Notes under the pieces: model-generated | What the model was told of the DNA's origin: nothing | Database searches by the model: none | Seen by the model: the letters and a program-made list of their open reading frames with translations, nothing else | Source of the DNA: Takakia lepidozioides | Taxonomy: Eukaryota > Plantae > Bryophyta | Length of the DNA: 64,000 bases | Direction of reading: 5' to 3' | NCBI GenBank assembly: GCA_030704615.1 | Contig: CM060731.1 | Location: forward strand, 61,194,001-61,258,000 | Position numbers and translations under genes: made by a program | Shown: positions 25,674 through 38,750 of the stretch, in pieces | How positions within the stretch are numbered: the stretch's first letter is position 1 | Layout: each line of letters starts with the position of its first letter

Positions 25674-27490
25674 GTGTACATGTGGTCAAGAAAAGTCTCT
25701 TTTGTCAGGCTGTACCATGTGTTTGTCTTCTTTTCAGCACACCTCTACTGCTGAGGACTGAGCACATTCATGAATGACTTCAGTGGCATCAGCCCTATCT
25801 TCTGGATACGGAATAGAGTGTGGTAGAGATTTGTCATCACATGGGAGGTTTCATTGGACCTGGAAAAACCTTCAACTCATAAGATGATTTCTAATTGTGC
25901 AAACGCAGATCGGAACGAGAACAATGTTGGTAACTTACTTGTTTATGTCGTGCATGGCTGTCAAGAGCTGCGTGACACGTCCTTTGTGATCGAGTACCAT
26001 GGAAACCACAGTGTCATTCGATCTCGTCCGAGTGCAAGCTTGAAATGTAATCCATCCAAGCAAGCAGTCTATGGTTCCCATCCCAGACAAAAAACATCTT
26101 TCCCATAAACGCTTTTGTGGAGGCCTTTTTGGACAGCTTGAACTCAAACTCCCTGTTTACATCCCACCAGCATGTATCCTAACTTTGCTCTATGTCCTCT
26201 GTTACAAGACACTCCTCTCCTTTCGTGTTCACAGTGGATACATAGAACACTGCAGATCCCTTGACATAGCCGTGAACAAAATCGTTCTTCAACTTCATGA
26301 TGTCGTTCCTCAATGCGGGTCGAACCGCGGGCATGGAGATCATCCTGCATAGTGGGATAACCAGGTTTCCGCCGGGAACCTCCATTGACAGAATCACCTT
26401 CGAGGAGTTCATTTTCTGCCCACCCATAACCTCATCGACCTTGTCTTCATAGTGTCCCTCAAATGACTCTTCCTCACCATCACCTTCTGCCACTGCCGCA
26501 TCTCCCCCCACGGATTTCTTTTTTGTTTTCCTCTTTGAGTGACAGATTGACATGGATCAACCTTGCGTTGACGCAAGGTTGATTGATGGGGATGTAGCTT
26601 AGTCTGAAATGCATACCGCAACAGTCCATTGAACCCACTAAATGTTTTGCATTGATGCAAGGTTCTTTTGGGGGCTTCAGATAATCGACTTTCCCTACTT
26701 TGCGGTTCCTGGTGCGAGACTTCGGATGCTGGGAGTGGCATCAAATCAGCCTCGCGTCAACGCAAGGTTGATTCGAGTGTTGAATCTCTGCTTCATGTCA
26801 CCTTCATAAACATACACTTTGGAGGTCGACATCAACCTTGCGTCATGTCGAGCTCTCAGATTGGTGTTCAACAAACAAAAAAATCGGATGGAAAAGCACA
26901 TTGCAACTTATGGTTTCTTCTTGGCACTTGATGATGCACCGGATGCATTCAACAGTTCCATGGCTGCCAAGCGTTTAGGGTTGGTGGGAATGAACAAAAA
27001 AGGCACCTTGCGTTGACGCAAGGTTGATGTCGACCTCTCTCATTAGCATGGAACAGAACAAAAACAAAAAAACAAAAAAGAGGGTTGATAATCACCTCCG
27101 GTTTCTTCTTTACACTTGATGATGCTCCTGAGGCATTCAACTTTTTCCATGAGGTCTGGAGGCAGCATGCTTCCAAGAGGTCCCGGTGGTGCGAAACAAC
27201 GGCAAACGGCATGGTTTCTGTGTCCATCTCTCCTCCCTGCTCTCTCAAGACCTGGTTCTCCACTCGCAGTGCTTCCTCCCGAGCCCACCCTGAGCCCAGC
27301 TGACTTCCTCGTCCCCCCCCCCCCCCCCCTTCTATTGGAGGTTGCTCTTCGTCGCCTCTGGGATCACTTCAAGACCTTCCTCTCCAAACAGTGGTTGCAG
27401 AATCGGGTTTTGGCGTTCGTCCTCATCTCCGCTGGAGGTTTTTCTTCCTCATCCTAAGTTCTCGTCTCGTCTTCCTCATCCTCTCCTTAG
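25674..27490 (-). pseudogene. ParB/sulfiredoxin-like domain gene of element A, 3'-truncated
   Basis: IPLCRMISMPAVRPAL..FVHGY..FYVS..MFFVWDGNHRLLAW (26068-26082)..LLTAMHDINK|SNETSHVMTNLYHTLFRIQ; acidic N-terminus; internal stops. Confidence 0.7.
26556..27028. repeat. Family-A palindromes ATCAACCTTGCGT-NN-ACGCAAGGTTGAT in putative introns of the ParB-like gene
   Basis: Perfect 13-bp arms at 26556-26583; variants at 26744-26773, 26831-26845 (half site) and 27004-27028. Confidence 0.9.
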
Positions 27491-28247
27491 CGCATATCCG
27501 TTGCTTGTTTGATGTGAAGTAAAGTGTTCTTCGACGTTTTCTTCTCCCTCGGGATGTGGTCACCGTCTCTATAGAGTCCAGGGTTGCAAGGACAATAAGG
27601 AGAAGAAGGAAAAAATGGGGCTACGGTGGGTTCACCGCAAGGCCTTCCACGCCAAGATGATCGCTCGGAATGACCTGTGCGCCACATGCTCATTCCACGT
27701 GCATGGCGAACACGTGTCCACCTAATCGTTATGAATATCTCCGGAAATCATTTTTTTCTCATCCACCGAAATTCGTTCGGGTCCACCTCTCATCCGAAAA
27801 AGTTCATTGTTGAGTAATAGCTTTTGGGATGTTTCAGAGGAATGTGAAGTATGTACAGTTGTACAGCGGTGCAGGTGCCGTTAAAATGAATGCAAATGGG
27901 CATCTCATCTGGAATCTCTGACATGACAGGCAGCTCTCTCAGTCAATCTTGCTGAGTTGGTTGTCCAATGCACTGGTGGGGCACCTGTGAGAAAACAGTT
28001 GGATTCTTTGATTAGGGCTGACATTATCCACTCCGCATTTGGGCACTCTGCGACCATCCACTTGGTTCGCATGGGGACACGTTTCTATGATGTGCCGAAC
28101 CGCGTTAGGAGACCTGCAAGCGGGAGCGACACCTGCAATTATGTGTAAGGACGTCTTCTATACAGCCAAAAAACTCCGCTCTAGTACAACCTGCAATCAG
28201 AAGCAACGTCGGACTGTGAACTATGCATTTTGAAGCAACATTGACAG

Positions 28248-31200
28248 ATGGCCTCCCAGCCCATGGGCTCCCTTGACGCGGACTTCTTCGGTGAGGACCA
28301 CCCTGTCCCCTTTTCTTACGAGGTGGAAGATGATGGTTTTGCGGTGGTGCATGAACACGTGCTCACAACGCAGTTTCGGTTGGAAAATGGAACTCTATTC
28401 CTTGAAAGGGAAGTGTACGATGCCAATGGAAAACTGCTCAAGTACGCGTTCTAGAAACCTTTGCATACTGCACCAACCACACAATGGAGAGTGACTCCAG
28501 GCATATACAGGATGCTCAATGCTCCTCGGAGACAGTCTGCAGGATCGTTCGTTACTCCTGGCACGGCAGCAATAGTGGCCCAAGAGAAAACACCCGTGGT
28601 TGTCAAGAAAGAGTCAAGTATCGTTAACACTGTAGTTGAGCTTTTGGACTCATCCTCCGATGACGCCTGTGAAATACCGTCCGTGGATCAGCCATGTCCA
28701 CATCAGGAAGCAGATGTGGAGGAGATCACTAGTGTCATTCCTAAACTGAAAGCCGTGGGTGGGATGGCAGATTCAAGAGTGAGTTGAGGGGGATTGACTG
28801 GAGCACTTTCAATGTTCAGAGGGTGGCATTCTTGCCAGAATCTTTTGATGGTAATATTGTTTTCGAGTTGCCTCCTCCTGGTCGCATGGGGGGCATTTCC
28901 AGTCTCATGGAAGGAGTGGACAAAAAACACGATGGGCACCCTTGGTGCCGCACAAAAACCTCCAATATTCACAACCGCGACAACCTCGTATTCAGGCGAA
29001 CAGTCTGTAATGGGCACCTGAAATGCGAGAACATGAAATGTAGACACTTCGCATTGTCGGGTGTGCAAAACCAAAGCGAATGGGATGGTGTCAGTGAGAA
29101 TCCATTCAAGCCTGTGTGACACCACCATACAGTAACACTTTTGTGTGCAAGTTCTGTAGGGTACCACCTTGCTGCCTTACAATGTGTGGCGCCAGAATGT
29201 ACTATGTGGTGCATCGATTCAAAATCCTGACTAGAGCCTGTGTCCATTTCGGTTTTCACAACCACCCTGTGTCCAAGGGGGATTACAGGGAGAGCGTTGA
29301 GACAGTCTCGCGTCTGATAAGGCAAGAGTTGGATACCAATCCAACTGGAACCACATCTGCAATTGCCATGGGGGCGAGCAAGTCCTTTCTGGAAAGCCCA
29401 ACTTTGACTTCTCCAAACATTAGGAATCAGGTGAACGCTTTAAGAATGGGCTCTGGGAGCCGAGGTTATATGGACAATATTATGCATTTGAAGAAAAGGA
29501 GCATGTACGACTACATCCAAGACAGCATTTTCCCGGGGCAAGGAGCCAGGAAAGTGTTCCTATTCAAAATGTCCACAAAAGGTGAGGGCAACGGAGTCAG
29601 TCTGGTTAAACATATGCAGAAGGGTGGCAATCTTGGCAACTGCTTCCTTATGTTTGATCACGTCAAGAGGGTTAAAGACTGGACCACAATGGCATGTCAT
29701 GTTTACGACCCCTGTGTACCAGCATGTCATGACAATTGCAGTGTGTGACATGCAGTCAGAGGACACAGATTCACAGCAGCTCACGTGGGAAGCTCTCATT
29801 CGTGTTATGGCCTCCAATGGTCTCCCATCTCCCAATTTTGTTGGTTTCATGGCCGACTGTGCTCAAGCTAACTTCAACGCTGTCTGCAGCCAATGCCTGG
29901 AAGAGAACGTACGTGTCTTTTTCATTGGACACAATCCCTGGACAAACACACAAAGGCAGACATCAAGCCAGATATGCAGAGTATGCATCATCAACTGTGC
30001 AAACAGTACAAAGACGCCAAAACTATGGGGGAAGCGAATACATTGTTCCAGACAATTCGTGCCTGGTGGTACTCATCTGGTGCGGCATTGGAGGATAACA
30101 TGAGGGCACTGGAAGACTAGTTCGCATTTTGGCACTTCCGTTACTGACAGTGGGGAGCGGCCATGACAACGGTGAGCAGTTTGCATTCACCTTCCTTTGG
30201 GTGCTTCGGATATATCTTTCAGGGTCCCATCCTAATATCGGCTTTGTGTTTTTTTGCCTTGCAGCATATGTCCATTGAGGAGATGGCGGACATGCTGTCT
30301 TGCAATCTAGCGGAGACAGTGCACAATGCCTGGTTGCAGCAATCCGGCAAAAAGAGAAGAGATTTGTATGCGGCTACGGCCGATGAACTTATCCGTGCTC
30401 TGCAGCAGCAAACCAGATACAGGTCATTCTTTAGGGGTGGCCTTGGAGGCAAAGGCCTGGACAGGAGCGAGTTGATGTTGCGGGCAGCCAGAAGATCAGG
30501 GGATCCCAGCAAAATAGCGCGAGCAGTGAGCATATGTGCAGATGGCACCCCTCTCGTGGGAAGAGTTCCCCATCTGGAAGGCGAAGAGAGATTCGGGTCT
30601 TGCAAACGGAAATTGGATACCCCTCCTGGATCGGATGCAGATTCCCATAGGACGGATAGGGTCAACTTCTCGACGCCACGTGTTCCCTTGGATCAGAGAT
30701 GGAATTGCGGAACATCCACAGGTGAGGGCCATTCTGCCCCAGACCGGACCCCTGCATCAAGCACTGTCACTACAACGGTTGAAGACCAGAACGTGGTGCC
30801 GCATGTAATAGAGTCCATGTGCTTGGACAAGGTTTGGCATATAGAACGCACAAGTGCTGGATCGCGTGTGAAATGCACGGCGATCAGGGCCACCAATCAT
30901 GAAAAATGTACATCATTAATATCCAGAGGGAAAGAACACACTGCAGCTCCTACATTCACAGGTTTGTTTCTCCCTTACGGCCAAGGAGAGGCAAAGAACC
31001 ACAAGTTCTGGTTTTGCGCTGACGATTGCGGGAGATGTGTGCGTGGGACAGTGAGGCCCTCCGTGGTGAGGAAGCCTACTCCACCAACCGTGTGGCCTGT
31101 GAAGATGGGCACAGGTCTCACTCACCAAGAGATCGCAATGCTGGAAGAGGCGGGTTTCTCCCTAGCCAGACATTCCATTACACGTGAAGGTGCTTCAAGT

Positions 31201-31647
31201 ACAAGCGGTTCACGGGTACCTCCGCCTGACGCTCACTTGTGGCCAACTAGACAGAATGGGAAGTTGGTTCGATGATTCCCTCCAACCGCCGAACACTATG
31301 GCAAAATCGAGTCCGCGAGAATGCTTCACGCTCGTGTTGCGGGAACAATGGAAGTGCCTGATCTAGGGTATGGTCGGGTCTTCACCATGATCTCATCCGC
31401 ATCTGCGCTGCAGGACAAGACGTACGACATCACTGTTTCCAATTTTCCCAATTGTACCTGTCCTGATTTTGTTGGTATGCTTTCAAGTAGTTTGGGAAAG
31501 AGAGGGAAGTTCATACCGTGCAAACACCTTTACTTCGTCTTCTTGAGAAGGATGGTTTGTGATCCAAAGCGGGACTTCTTCATTCACCAAGCCACTATGA
31601 GTTTCAACGAAGTCAACACACTTCTACAGCGGGATACAAGCCCATAG
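28248..31647 (+). pseudogene. GCM-domain MULE-like DDE transposase with C-terminal SWIM finger (element A)
   Basis: DGHPWCRTKTSN..RRTVCNGHLKC..CKFC..C..GFHNHP (WRKY-GCM1 fold); MFDH, FMADCA, CLFH and NLAETVH (D, D, CxxH, E); CTCPDF..PCKH (SWIM). Intron ~30172-30264; several stops and frameshifts. Confidence 0.85.
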
Positions 31648-31849
31648 AAAGCATGCACTTGACATGAAGAAATCTGTGTTTTCCTTGACTACAACTTGTA
31701 ATGGAATGGTTGTTCAAGTCCAGTGTCTCTCAATGTATGTCGTCTAACAACTTTGCTATGCGTGGGTCAATGCATTTGTTGCATTGGTTTGTCATTTTGT
31801 TTTCATTAGCAAGCACAAGAAACTACCTTTAGATAGACAGATGATCAAA

Positions 31850-32040
31850 TCAACCTCGTGTTAACACGAGGTTTACTTGGAGTTTTCCAAATCCCCCTTG
31901 TGCCGACACAAGGTTGATTTTAGTTCTAAGAAGGTTGATATGAACACGAGGTTGATATGAAGTTCTCCGAATCAACCTCGTGTTGACACGATGTTGATTT
32001 TAGTTCCAGGAAAACAACCTCGTGTTAAACACAACGTTCA
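31850..32040. repeat. Cluster of family-A palindromes (CAACCTCGTGT-NN-ACACGAGGTTG) downstream of the transposase
   Basis: Copies at 31852-31873, 31896-31919, ~31943 (half), 31970-31999 and ~32015-32038. Confidence 0.85.
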
Positions 32041-32299
32041 TTTCAGTTCTAGGAGATGAAGCTCTTGTTAACAGAAGGTTGAACTCCAGGAAAGCCCAAA
32101 ACCCTTCATCCCTTTCACCTTCATGTGGTGAAATCAGCAGTTGGGGGCCCCACGGTTAGAGGCCCACCTTCTTTGTGGTGATGTGGCATGACCTGGACCA
32201 GGATCACGCCACGTCAGCTGCGTGAGCGTAGGCTCACGCCACATCATCATTGTGTGAGTGTACGATCACACGCTCACGCGGTAGCGTCGTTGCCCTCCC

Positions 32300-32343
32300 A
32301 CGGAGCTCCCCGCTCCCCTCCTGCGGTCCCCTGTGTCTCCGCT

Positions 32344-32375
<32 letters not shown>

Positions 32376-33500
32376 CGGCGCTCTCCGCTCCCCTCCTTCG
32401 CTCCCTTGTATATCTGCTCCCCTATTTCGCTCCTCCCCTCCTCCGCCCCCCTGTGCCTCCGCTCCCCTGTTTCGGCACCCCCTCCCACAGAGCTCCCCAC
32501 TCCCCTGTTTCGCTGCTCCCCTGTACCCCCCCCCCCCCCCCCCGCGGAGCTTTACGATCCCCTATATATCTAGTCCCCTGTTTTGCTCCCTCACGATGCT
32601 CTCCGCTCCCCTGTATCTCTGCTCCCCTCGGCGCTTCCCGCTCCCTGGTGCCTCCGCGACCCTCTTTCGCTGCTCCCTGTATCCTCGCCCCTCGCGGAGC
32701 TTTCCGCTCCCCTGCATGTCTACTCCCCTGTTTCCTTCCCTCGCGGCGCTCTCCGCTCCCCTGTGCCTGCGCTCCCCTGTTTCGCTCCCCGCTCACCTCC
32801 TCCGCTCCCCTGTGTCTCTACTCCCTTGTTTGGCTCCCCCCGCGCACTCCGCTCCCCGGTGCCTGCGCTTCCCTGTTTCGCTCCCCGCTCACCTCCTCTG
32901 CTCCCCTATATCTCTGCTCCCCTGTTCCGCTCCCCCGCGGCTTGATCCGTTCCCCGGTTCTTCCGCTCCCCTATGCCCCCCCCCCCCCCCCCCCCCTGCC
33001 GCGGCCCTCCTCCGCTCCCCTGTCCCTTTGCTCCCCCGCAACGCTCCCCGGTGCCTCTGCGACCCTGTTCCCCCCCCCCCCCCCCCCCCAACATCACTCT
33101 CCGCTCCCCTCCTGCGCTCCCTTGTTTGGCCCCCCCTCCCGCAGAGCTCCCCGCACCCCTCCTTTGGTCCCCTGTATCTCTGCTCCCCCGCGGCGCTCTT
33201 CGCTCCCCTCTATATCTGCTCCCCTGTTTGCCCCCCCCCCCCCCCCACAGCGCACTCCGCTCCCCTGTATCTCTGCTCCCCTATTTCGCTCCCCCGCGGC
33301 GCGCTCTGCTCCCCTGTGTCCCCCCCCCCCCCTTCCCGTGGCGCTCCCCGCTCCCCTCCTTCGGTCCCTTGTATCTCTGCTCCTTTGTTCCGCTCCCCCG
33401 CGATGCTCTCCGCTCCCCTCCTTCGCTCCCCTCTATTTCTGCTCCCCTCTTTCGTTCCCCTCTTTATCTTCGCCCCTGTTTGTCTGCGCTCCCCTGCCAG
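32300..33500 (+). repeat. Degenerate GCTCCCCTG/poly-C subterminal array
   Basis: Dozens of (C)GCTCCCCT(G) units interspersed with poly-C runs. Confidence 0.9.
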
Positions 33501-34082
33501 AAAAGTAGATCGACGGTGGGTAAACCGTCCCGCGAATATGCGCCGTCTCTCACCAAAATGGACGGCCGTGATGCCCTGCAAGGTGGCACGTGGACGTCCA
33601 GGATTGGATGTAGCATTGCAGGGCCTGCCAATGGATTTGAATTGTCACTCTCACTATTCATTTGCAGGTCCCTCGTACGATGTTGGAGCTGCACACGGCC
33701 CATCTATTGTGTGACCTGCTTGCGAGAGTGCAACGGCCGCTCGGAGGTCCTTTCAACCACCTGCAGTTGGGCTGGACTACAACGATAGTCAGCGGCCGAC
33801 ATGGTTGCAAAAGAACTATGGAAACCGCAGTCATTCCTTTGGGATAGAGCTGAAGATTTTGTTTGTGGAGAGCAATCAATGCCTGGTGTGCCAACAACAT
33901 TCTCAGTCATTCATACAAGCAAGGCTGCTAAGAGTGGTTTGATAACGCCACGAGCAAACAGTTATTGAGTGGTTCACTTGTGCGTTCCTTTCCTGGCTTT
34001 CTTTCATTTTGTGGTCAATGCATCTGTTTCATACCAGCTTCTTAATCCACGACATGTGCAGGTACCATTGTGCATATGTATT

Positions 34083-36631
34083 ATGGCCCGGAGGTCAATC
34101 GCAATTCAGAAATTCGTGTTTGCAGACCTCCGCCAAGACCGCTACGAGGTCACAAGAAAACCAACCCTGGAACAACCTGATTGCCCCGCAAGCCCAAGGA
34201 CCACAAAGGTCCTCGCCGATCGAGCAAAGACCATGTGGAATCGTTCAAGAGGGGTTGTTGTTGTAGTTTCAAGATTGGGCAGTGTTTTTTGGATCCCGCC
34301 ATAGCGGTCATTACGTTCTACAATAAAAACCATGTAGACACAGGTGGTTTGCCTTGTCATGGCACTCTGGATCCAACATGTTCCCATACTCGCATTGCAC
34401 TTGAGCCCCACATAAGTGAAGCGATGAAGAAGTGGGTGATGGAGAATTTGCAGGCTGGTCTTTCGGCGGCGAAGATTATGGCTTTACACAAATAGCATTT
34501 ACATGAGAATTTGGCAGATGGTGGCAAGTGGAGTTGAGATGATTTCCTGTTAGACCACGACGTGCGAAATTTGGCAAAAAAACTAGCTTGGGAGACATAT
34601 AAGCGACACAAGAGCGATCCTGTCAGCACAAAAATGTGGATGGATGCCAACCCATCATGTGTCTTCTTCTTGGTGCGAGTGATTCCGGCGGTGGCAAGTT
34701 CACTGTTGGTATCCAGACTCCATGGCAGAGGCGCCAAATGCTGGAACTAGGACACAATCGCATTGTCGCATGTGATGCTACATTCGGAACAAATGAAAGC
34801 AAGGTTAGTGGTCCCTTCTCTGCTCCCCTGACTACTTTCATGTCTGCTCCCTGGCTTTGCGCTCCCCTCTGTGTTCCCCAATCCATGCCAACCCCCTGTG
34901 CCTCGTGTGATCCCATGTTTGCTCCCCTGTATGCTCTCCTGTCCGCGCCCACTGTCTGTGCATCCTTTGGCTCCCCCGTGTGCTCCCCTACTGGGCTGTG
35001 TGCTCCCCTGTGTGTTCCCCTGTCCGCGTAGCCTCACAGCCCCGTATTTTCGACCCTTTGCGCTTCCCTGCTGTGCTGCCTGCTCCCCTGTGTCTTCCCC
35101 CGTTAGTGCCCAGCCTCTGTGCCCCGTGTCTGCTCTCGCGTGTGCTCCCCTGTTATGCTGTCTGCTCCCCTCCACGCTCCCCTATTGTGTGCCCCCCATT
35201 TTCCTAACACTTTTTTGGTGTCTGCAGTTCCCTCTTTATACTCTAATGGTCTTCAATACATGGCTGAACGGCATACCCGTAGCCTATGTCATATCAGCTC
35301 TATCAGTACTCAAGGAAGATGAACCCGGTTGGCGACCCAATGCCTTCATTGTTGATGACGCTGATGCGGAAATCAATGCGATTCGGTGAGTTCACTTTCA
35401 TTGCATTTAATTTCAGGGGTATTCTGATCAATGTTGTATTCCCAAGGCTTACCGAACCCATTCCTCTATTGCAGGGAGGTGTTTCCAGATGTTGCGATTT
35501 ACCTCTGCTTGTGGCATGTTCGCCGTGCTTGGTTGAAAAATGCTATAAGGAAGATCAAGGATGGACAACTTGCAAGTCTCGTGCTGAAGGGTATGGGTCA
35601 GATGATGTACAGCAAGGAGGCTCCGGGGGGTGATGTGGCAGAGGAATGGGCTGAATTGCAACTGTGGATGTTGGAGTGCACATATCCAGATGTAGGGGAT
35701 TTCTGGGATTACATCCACAAGGAGTGGGTTCCAAAATGTAAAATGTGGGTCACGGGAGCGCGCAATGTCCCGCATGCCAGCCAAGACACAAATGCAGGCA
35801 TTGAAGCGTACCATGGCAACCTCAAAGCAAGGTTGCGTAGTGGAAAAGAGAAAATGGACAGGCGTAGAATGGATTGGTTAATATATGAGCTAGTTGAAGG
35901 TTTACTTACCCACTACTGGTACATGGGAAACTTGAAGGCGCATGGGTTCATTCGCAACAAAAGACAGGAGAACTTAATGTCTAATGCAGTCTTTCTAGCA
36001 CGGGAGATACCGGAGTCAGATGTAGAATTGCCCGCTAGAGACGACTTGCCCGCATATGTCAAAAGTCAATCGAAGCCTGGAGTTGTCTACACGATCCACA
36101 GTCGTGCATCAGAATGGGCAATCTATGGGCTGAGAAGGGCAACTTGTGCAAGCATCAAGTCAAGATGTTGCAGTTGCTGAAGCAACAGGGGAGCAGACAA
36201 TGTCACCGTCCACTCCACCAGAGCAGGAGACTCCACTTTCCAGTCAGGAGACTCGTACCCAAAGACAAGGGTCTATTTTGGATGCCATTGCCACTGAAAA
36301 CAAGATGCTCACTGACATTGTTGGCAACGACATCGTTCTGCAGGAACATTTGCTCTCTCAACTTAGGGTCAGTAAAGGACGCCTCATCACTTTGATTGCG
36401 CGCGGAAAGGCAGGGCTGTCCCACCCTACAGCAAAAAGGTTCAATCCCGTTGAAGACGATTCAGGAAGCCTGAGCTTGAAACGGCGTAAGGATTTTGTTG
36501 AGGCCAACATCTTTGGGAGACGGCCTTATCCTCGGGGAGCAGTTGCCAATCGAATGAAGTCCAATCCAGGTTCTGCAAATATATTGCGTGCCATGCACAC
36601 TGTTGCATGCAATAGACGACCCACATTCTAG
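34083..36631 (+). pseudogene. MULE DDE transposase with SWIM finger (element B)
   Basis: ACDATFGTN|FPLYTLMVF..GIPVAYVI..FIVDDADAEINAIREVFP..LCLWHVRRAW..DTNAGIEAYHGNLK..KGNLCKH; introns ~34803-35227 and ~35386-35474; stops present. Confidence 0.88.
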
Positions 36632-37244
36632 AACTTAGCATGTGCCATTGTCTTGTAGTGCTCTCCTACTCCCTTGCACACTCCAATACTGAGGTTTGTC
36701 TGCTCCCCTCTCATCTGCCCCCCTACTACCGCTCCTCCACTGCTCCCCTTTGCAGTCTCGGTTCCTCGAAACTGTCATGTCTCCTGTGCCCCCCTTATCT
36801 ATGCCCCCCTACCCTGTGCTCCCCTGTCCTCTGGGCCCCTGCTACTGGTCCTCCACTGCTCCCTATGCAGGCATTTTCCTCCAAACTGTCGTGTCTGCTC
36901 TCCTCCCCTGTAATGTGGCCCCCTGCTTCTATGCCCCCCCAGCTCTATGCCCCCTTTATCTGTGCCCCCTGCCCTGTGCTCCCCTGTCCTCTGCCCCCTT
37001 GGTAAGTGTAGCCACGTTAAAGACAAAAGACCCGGGCATGGCCTACAATCTATGGGGAAGTGACATTTGTGATTTCAAATCCAATTTTATTATGTGAGTC
37101 ATTCATGCTTCGTGTCTAAGATTTCGCACCACTACTCTCACTATGCTTATTCTACTTCTAAGTCAATTCCACATTTCTACGTACACCTCCTCCCAATGTG
37201 ATGGCTCTTCCATCACAATACTCAGGTATGGGAGTTAAGAACTG

Positions 37245-38750
37245 TCATGCCCCTTTGCTAAATCGGCATATCTGTAACTTCCTAGTATAAAACTGCGATG
37301 GATGCTTTTCCTCCCGGTATACACGCAACAACAACATACCAACATGCACAGCCATCATTGTAGTCCACCATGACACCTCCAGTCTGTCATCAACAAGTCT
37401 GCAAACAATATCATGTGTTTCAGGGTGGAAAACCGACATGGCCGTTGCGTTTTGTGCCCTGTCCGAAAGAGGTTGTGATAGCATATCCAAACCGCCTCCC
37501 GTCCATCAAAACTGTGATGGATCAAAGCACCACCATAATACATGTCGCACTTCATGCAGGACTGGAATACGCAAGTCCTCCTCTTCAAATGGTAGCCAGT
37601 CGTCGGTTGGAGCGCATAAGTCCTACACAGGCAACAACCATCGCACTACTCCACCGGGGAGGGGGTAACCCCACAACCCTCCCGTCAGCTCTCCATGTTC
37701 TGTAACACACAGCACAATTTCGCCCGCGTTAGGTTCCAATGGCCTCCGGGACTCCATTGTGTTTGTCTTCACATTTTAGGGTTTGGAGGCCCATAACCCT
37801 CACATGCATCATAGCGCCAAGGGAGCAAGAGCAACAGGGGAGCCCGCAAGCAGGGGAGCAGACATGTACATGGGAGCGGGGGAGTAGGGGAGCGAAACAG
37901 GAGCGCCATGCAAGCGGGGGAGCGACCCATTGGCGCGGAGTATGGGGGAGCAATGCGAGGCTGGGGAGCACAGGAGCAGGGGAGCGAACAGGGGAGCACA
38001 GGAGCAGGGGAGCGAACAGGGGAGCTCAGGGGAGTAGAGGAGTGAGGAGCGACCCAGGGGAGTGGATAACAAGGGAGCAGAGAACGGAGGGAGCACAGGA
38101 GCAGGGCAGCGACACAGGGGAGCAGAGGGGAGCATGCATGCGGGGGAGCGGAGTACAGGGGAGCGTGGGACCGAAACAGGGGAGCGCAAGGGAGCATGCA
38201 AGCGGTACAAGAGACCCAAGGGAGCGGAGTACATGGTAGCACAACAGCAAGGGATCACAGGAGCAGAGAAGGGCATAGGGAGCAGGGGAGCAGGGGGAGC
38301 GAAGCCGGGGAGCGCAACAAGCAGGGGAGCAGGGGAGGGCAGGGAAGCAGGTGAGGCAGGAGCAACTCAGGGGAGCGGACATACAGGGGAGCAGGGAGCC
38401 CTTAACTTGCTGAGGCAGAGGAGAGCAGGGGGGCATGGTTAGCGGGGGAGCATGCAGGGGAGTTTTGGAGAGGTGAGGGGAGCACAGAAGAGCACAAGGA
38501 ATGTAGCACTGCAATAAGAGGGGAGCACAATTGCATGCACATCGACGACTGCCATGACTATATTCAGCCCAGCCATGGTACAGCAGCAGGGGTCACCCCA
38601 ACACAGCAGCCCTCTACAACGACTCTACAATGTCCTGTGCAATTGCCTCTACAGCTTGGCTTGCAACGCCTCCCTCAGCAGAGACGACATCATGACAGGG
38701 CTCGGCATTGCCCATCGATGCAATGATGACAACATCATAAGGGTCTGGCT
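37245..38750 (-). pseudogene. Degenerate ORF of unknown function downstream of the Ulp1 exons in element B
   Basis: A ~180-codon frame (37245-~37790) with two stops (..PTDDWLPFEEEDLRIPVLHEVRHVLWWCFD..RLEVSWWTTMMA..), separated from upstream coding DNA by a GCTCCCC-rich intron-like tract. Confidence 0.4.

Larger units (their letters stand above)
25610..32299 (+). mobile_element. Element A: GCM-MULE-type DNA transposon, left end deleted
   Basis: Right terminus GTTGCCCTCCC (32289-32299) is the reverse complement of the A' left terminus GGGAGGGCAAC. It shares subterminal GTGAGC/GCTCAC and TTCATCC motifs and a paralogous transposase with A'. Confidence 0.8.

Noticed and set aside
32188-33788. Long Pro-rich ORFs (508, 391 and 271 aa) resembling extensins
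   Set aside because: All three frames are open because the C-rich repeat lacks stop codons; this is a transposon subterminal array.
37729-38514. Overlapping Pro/Cys- or Gly-rich ORFs (also 39629-40204, 50454-51188, 53233-54185)
   Set aside because: Translations of GCTCCCC repeat tracts in introns or subtermini.
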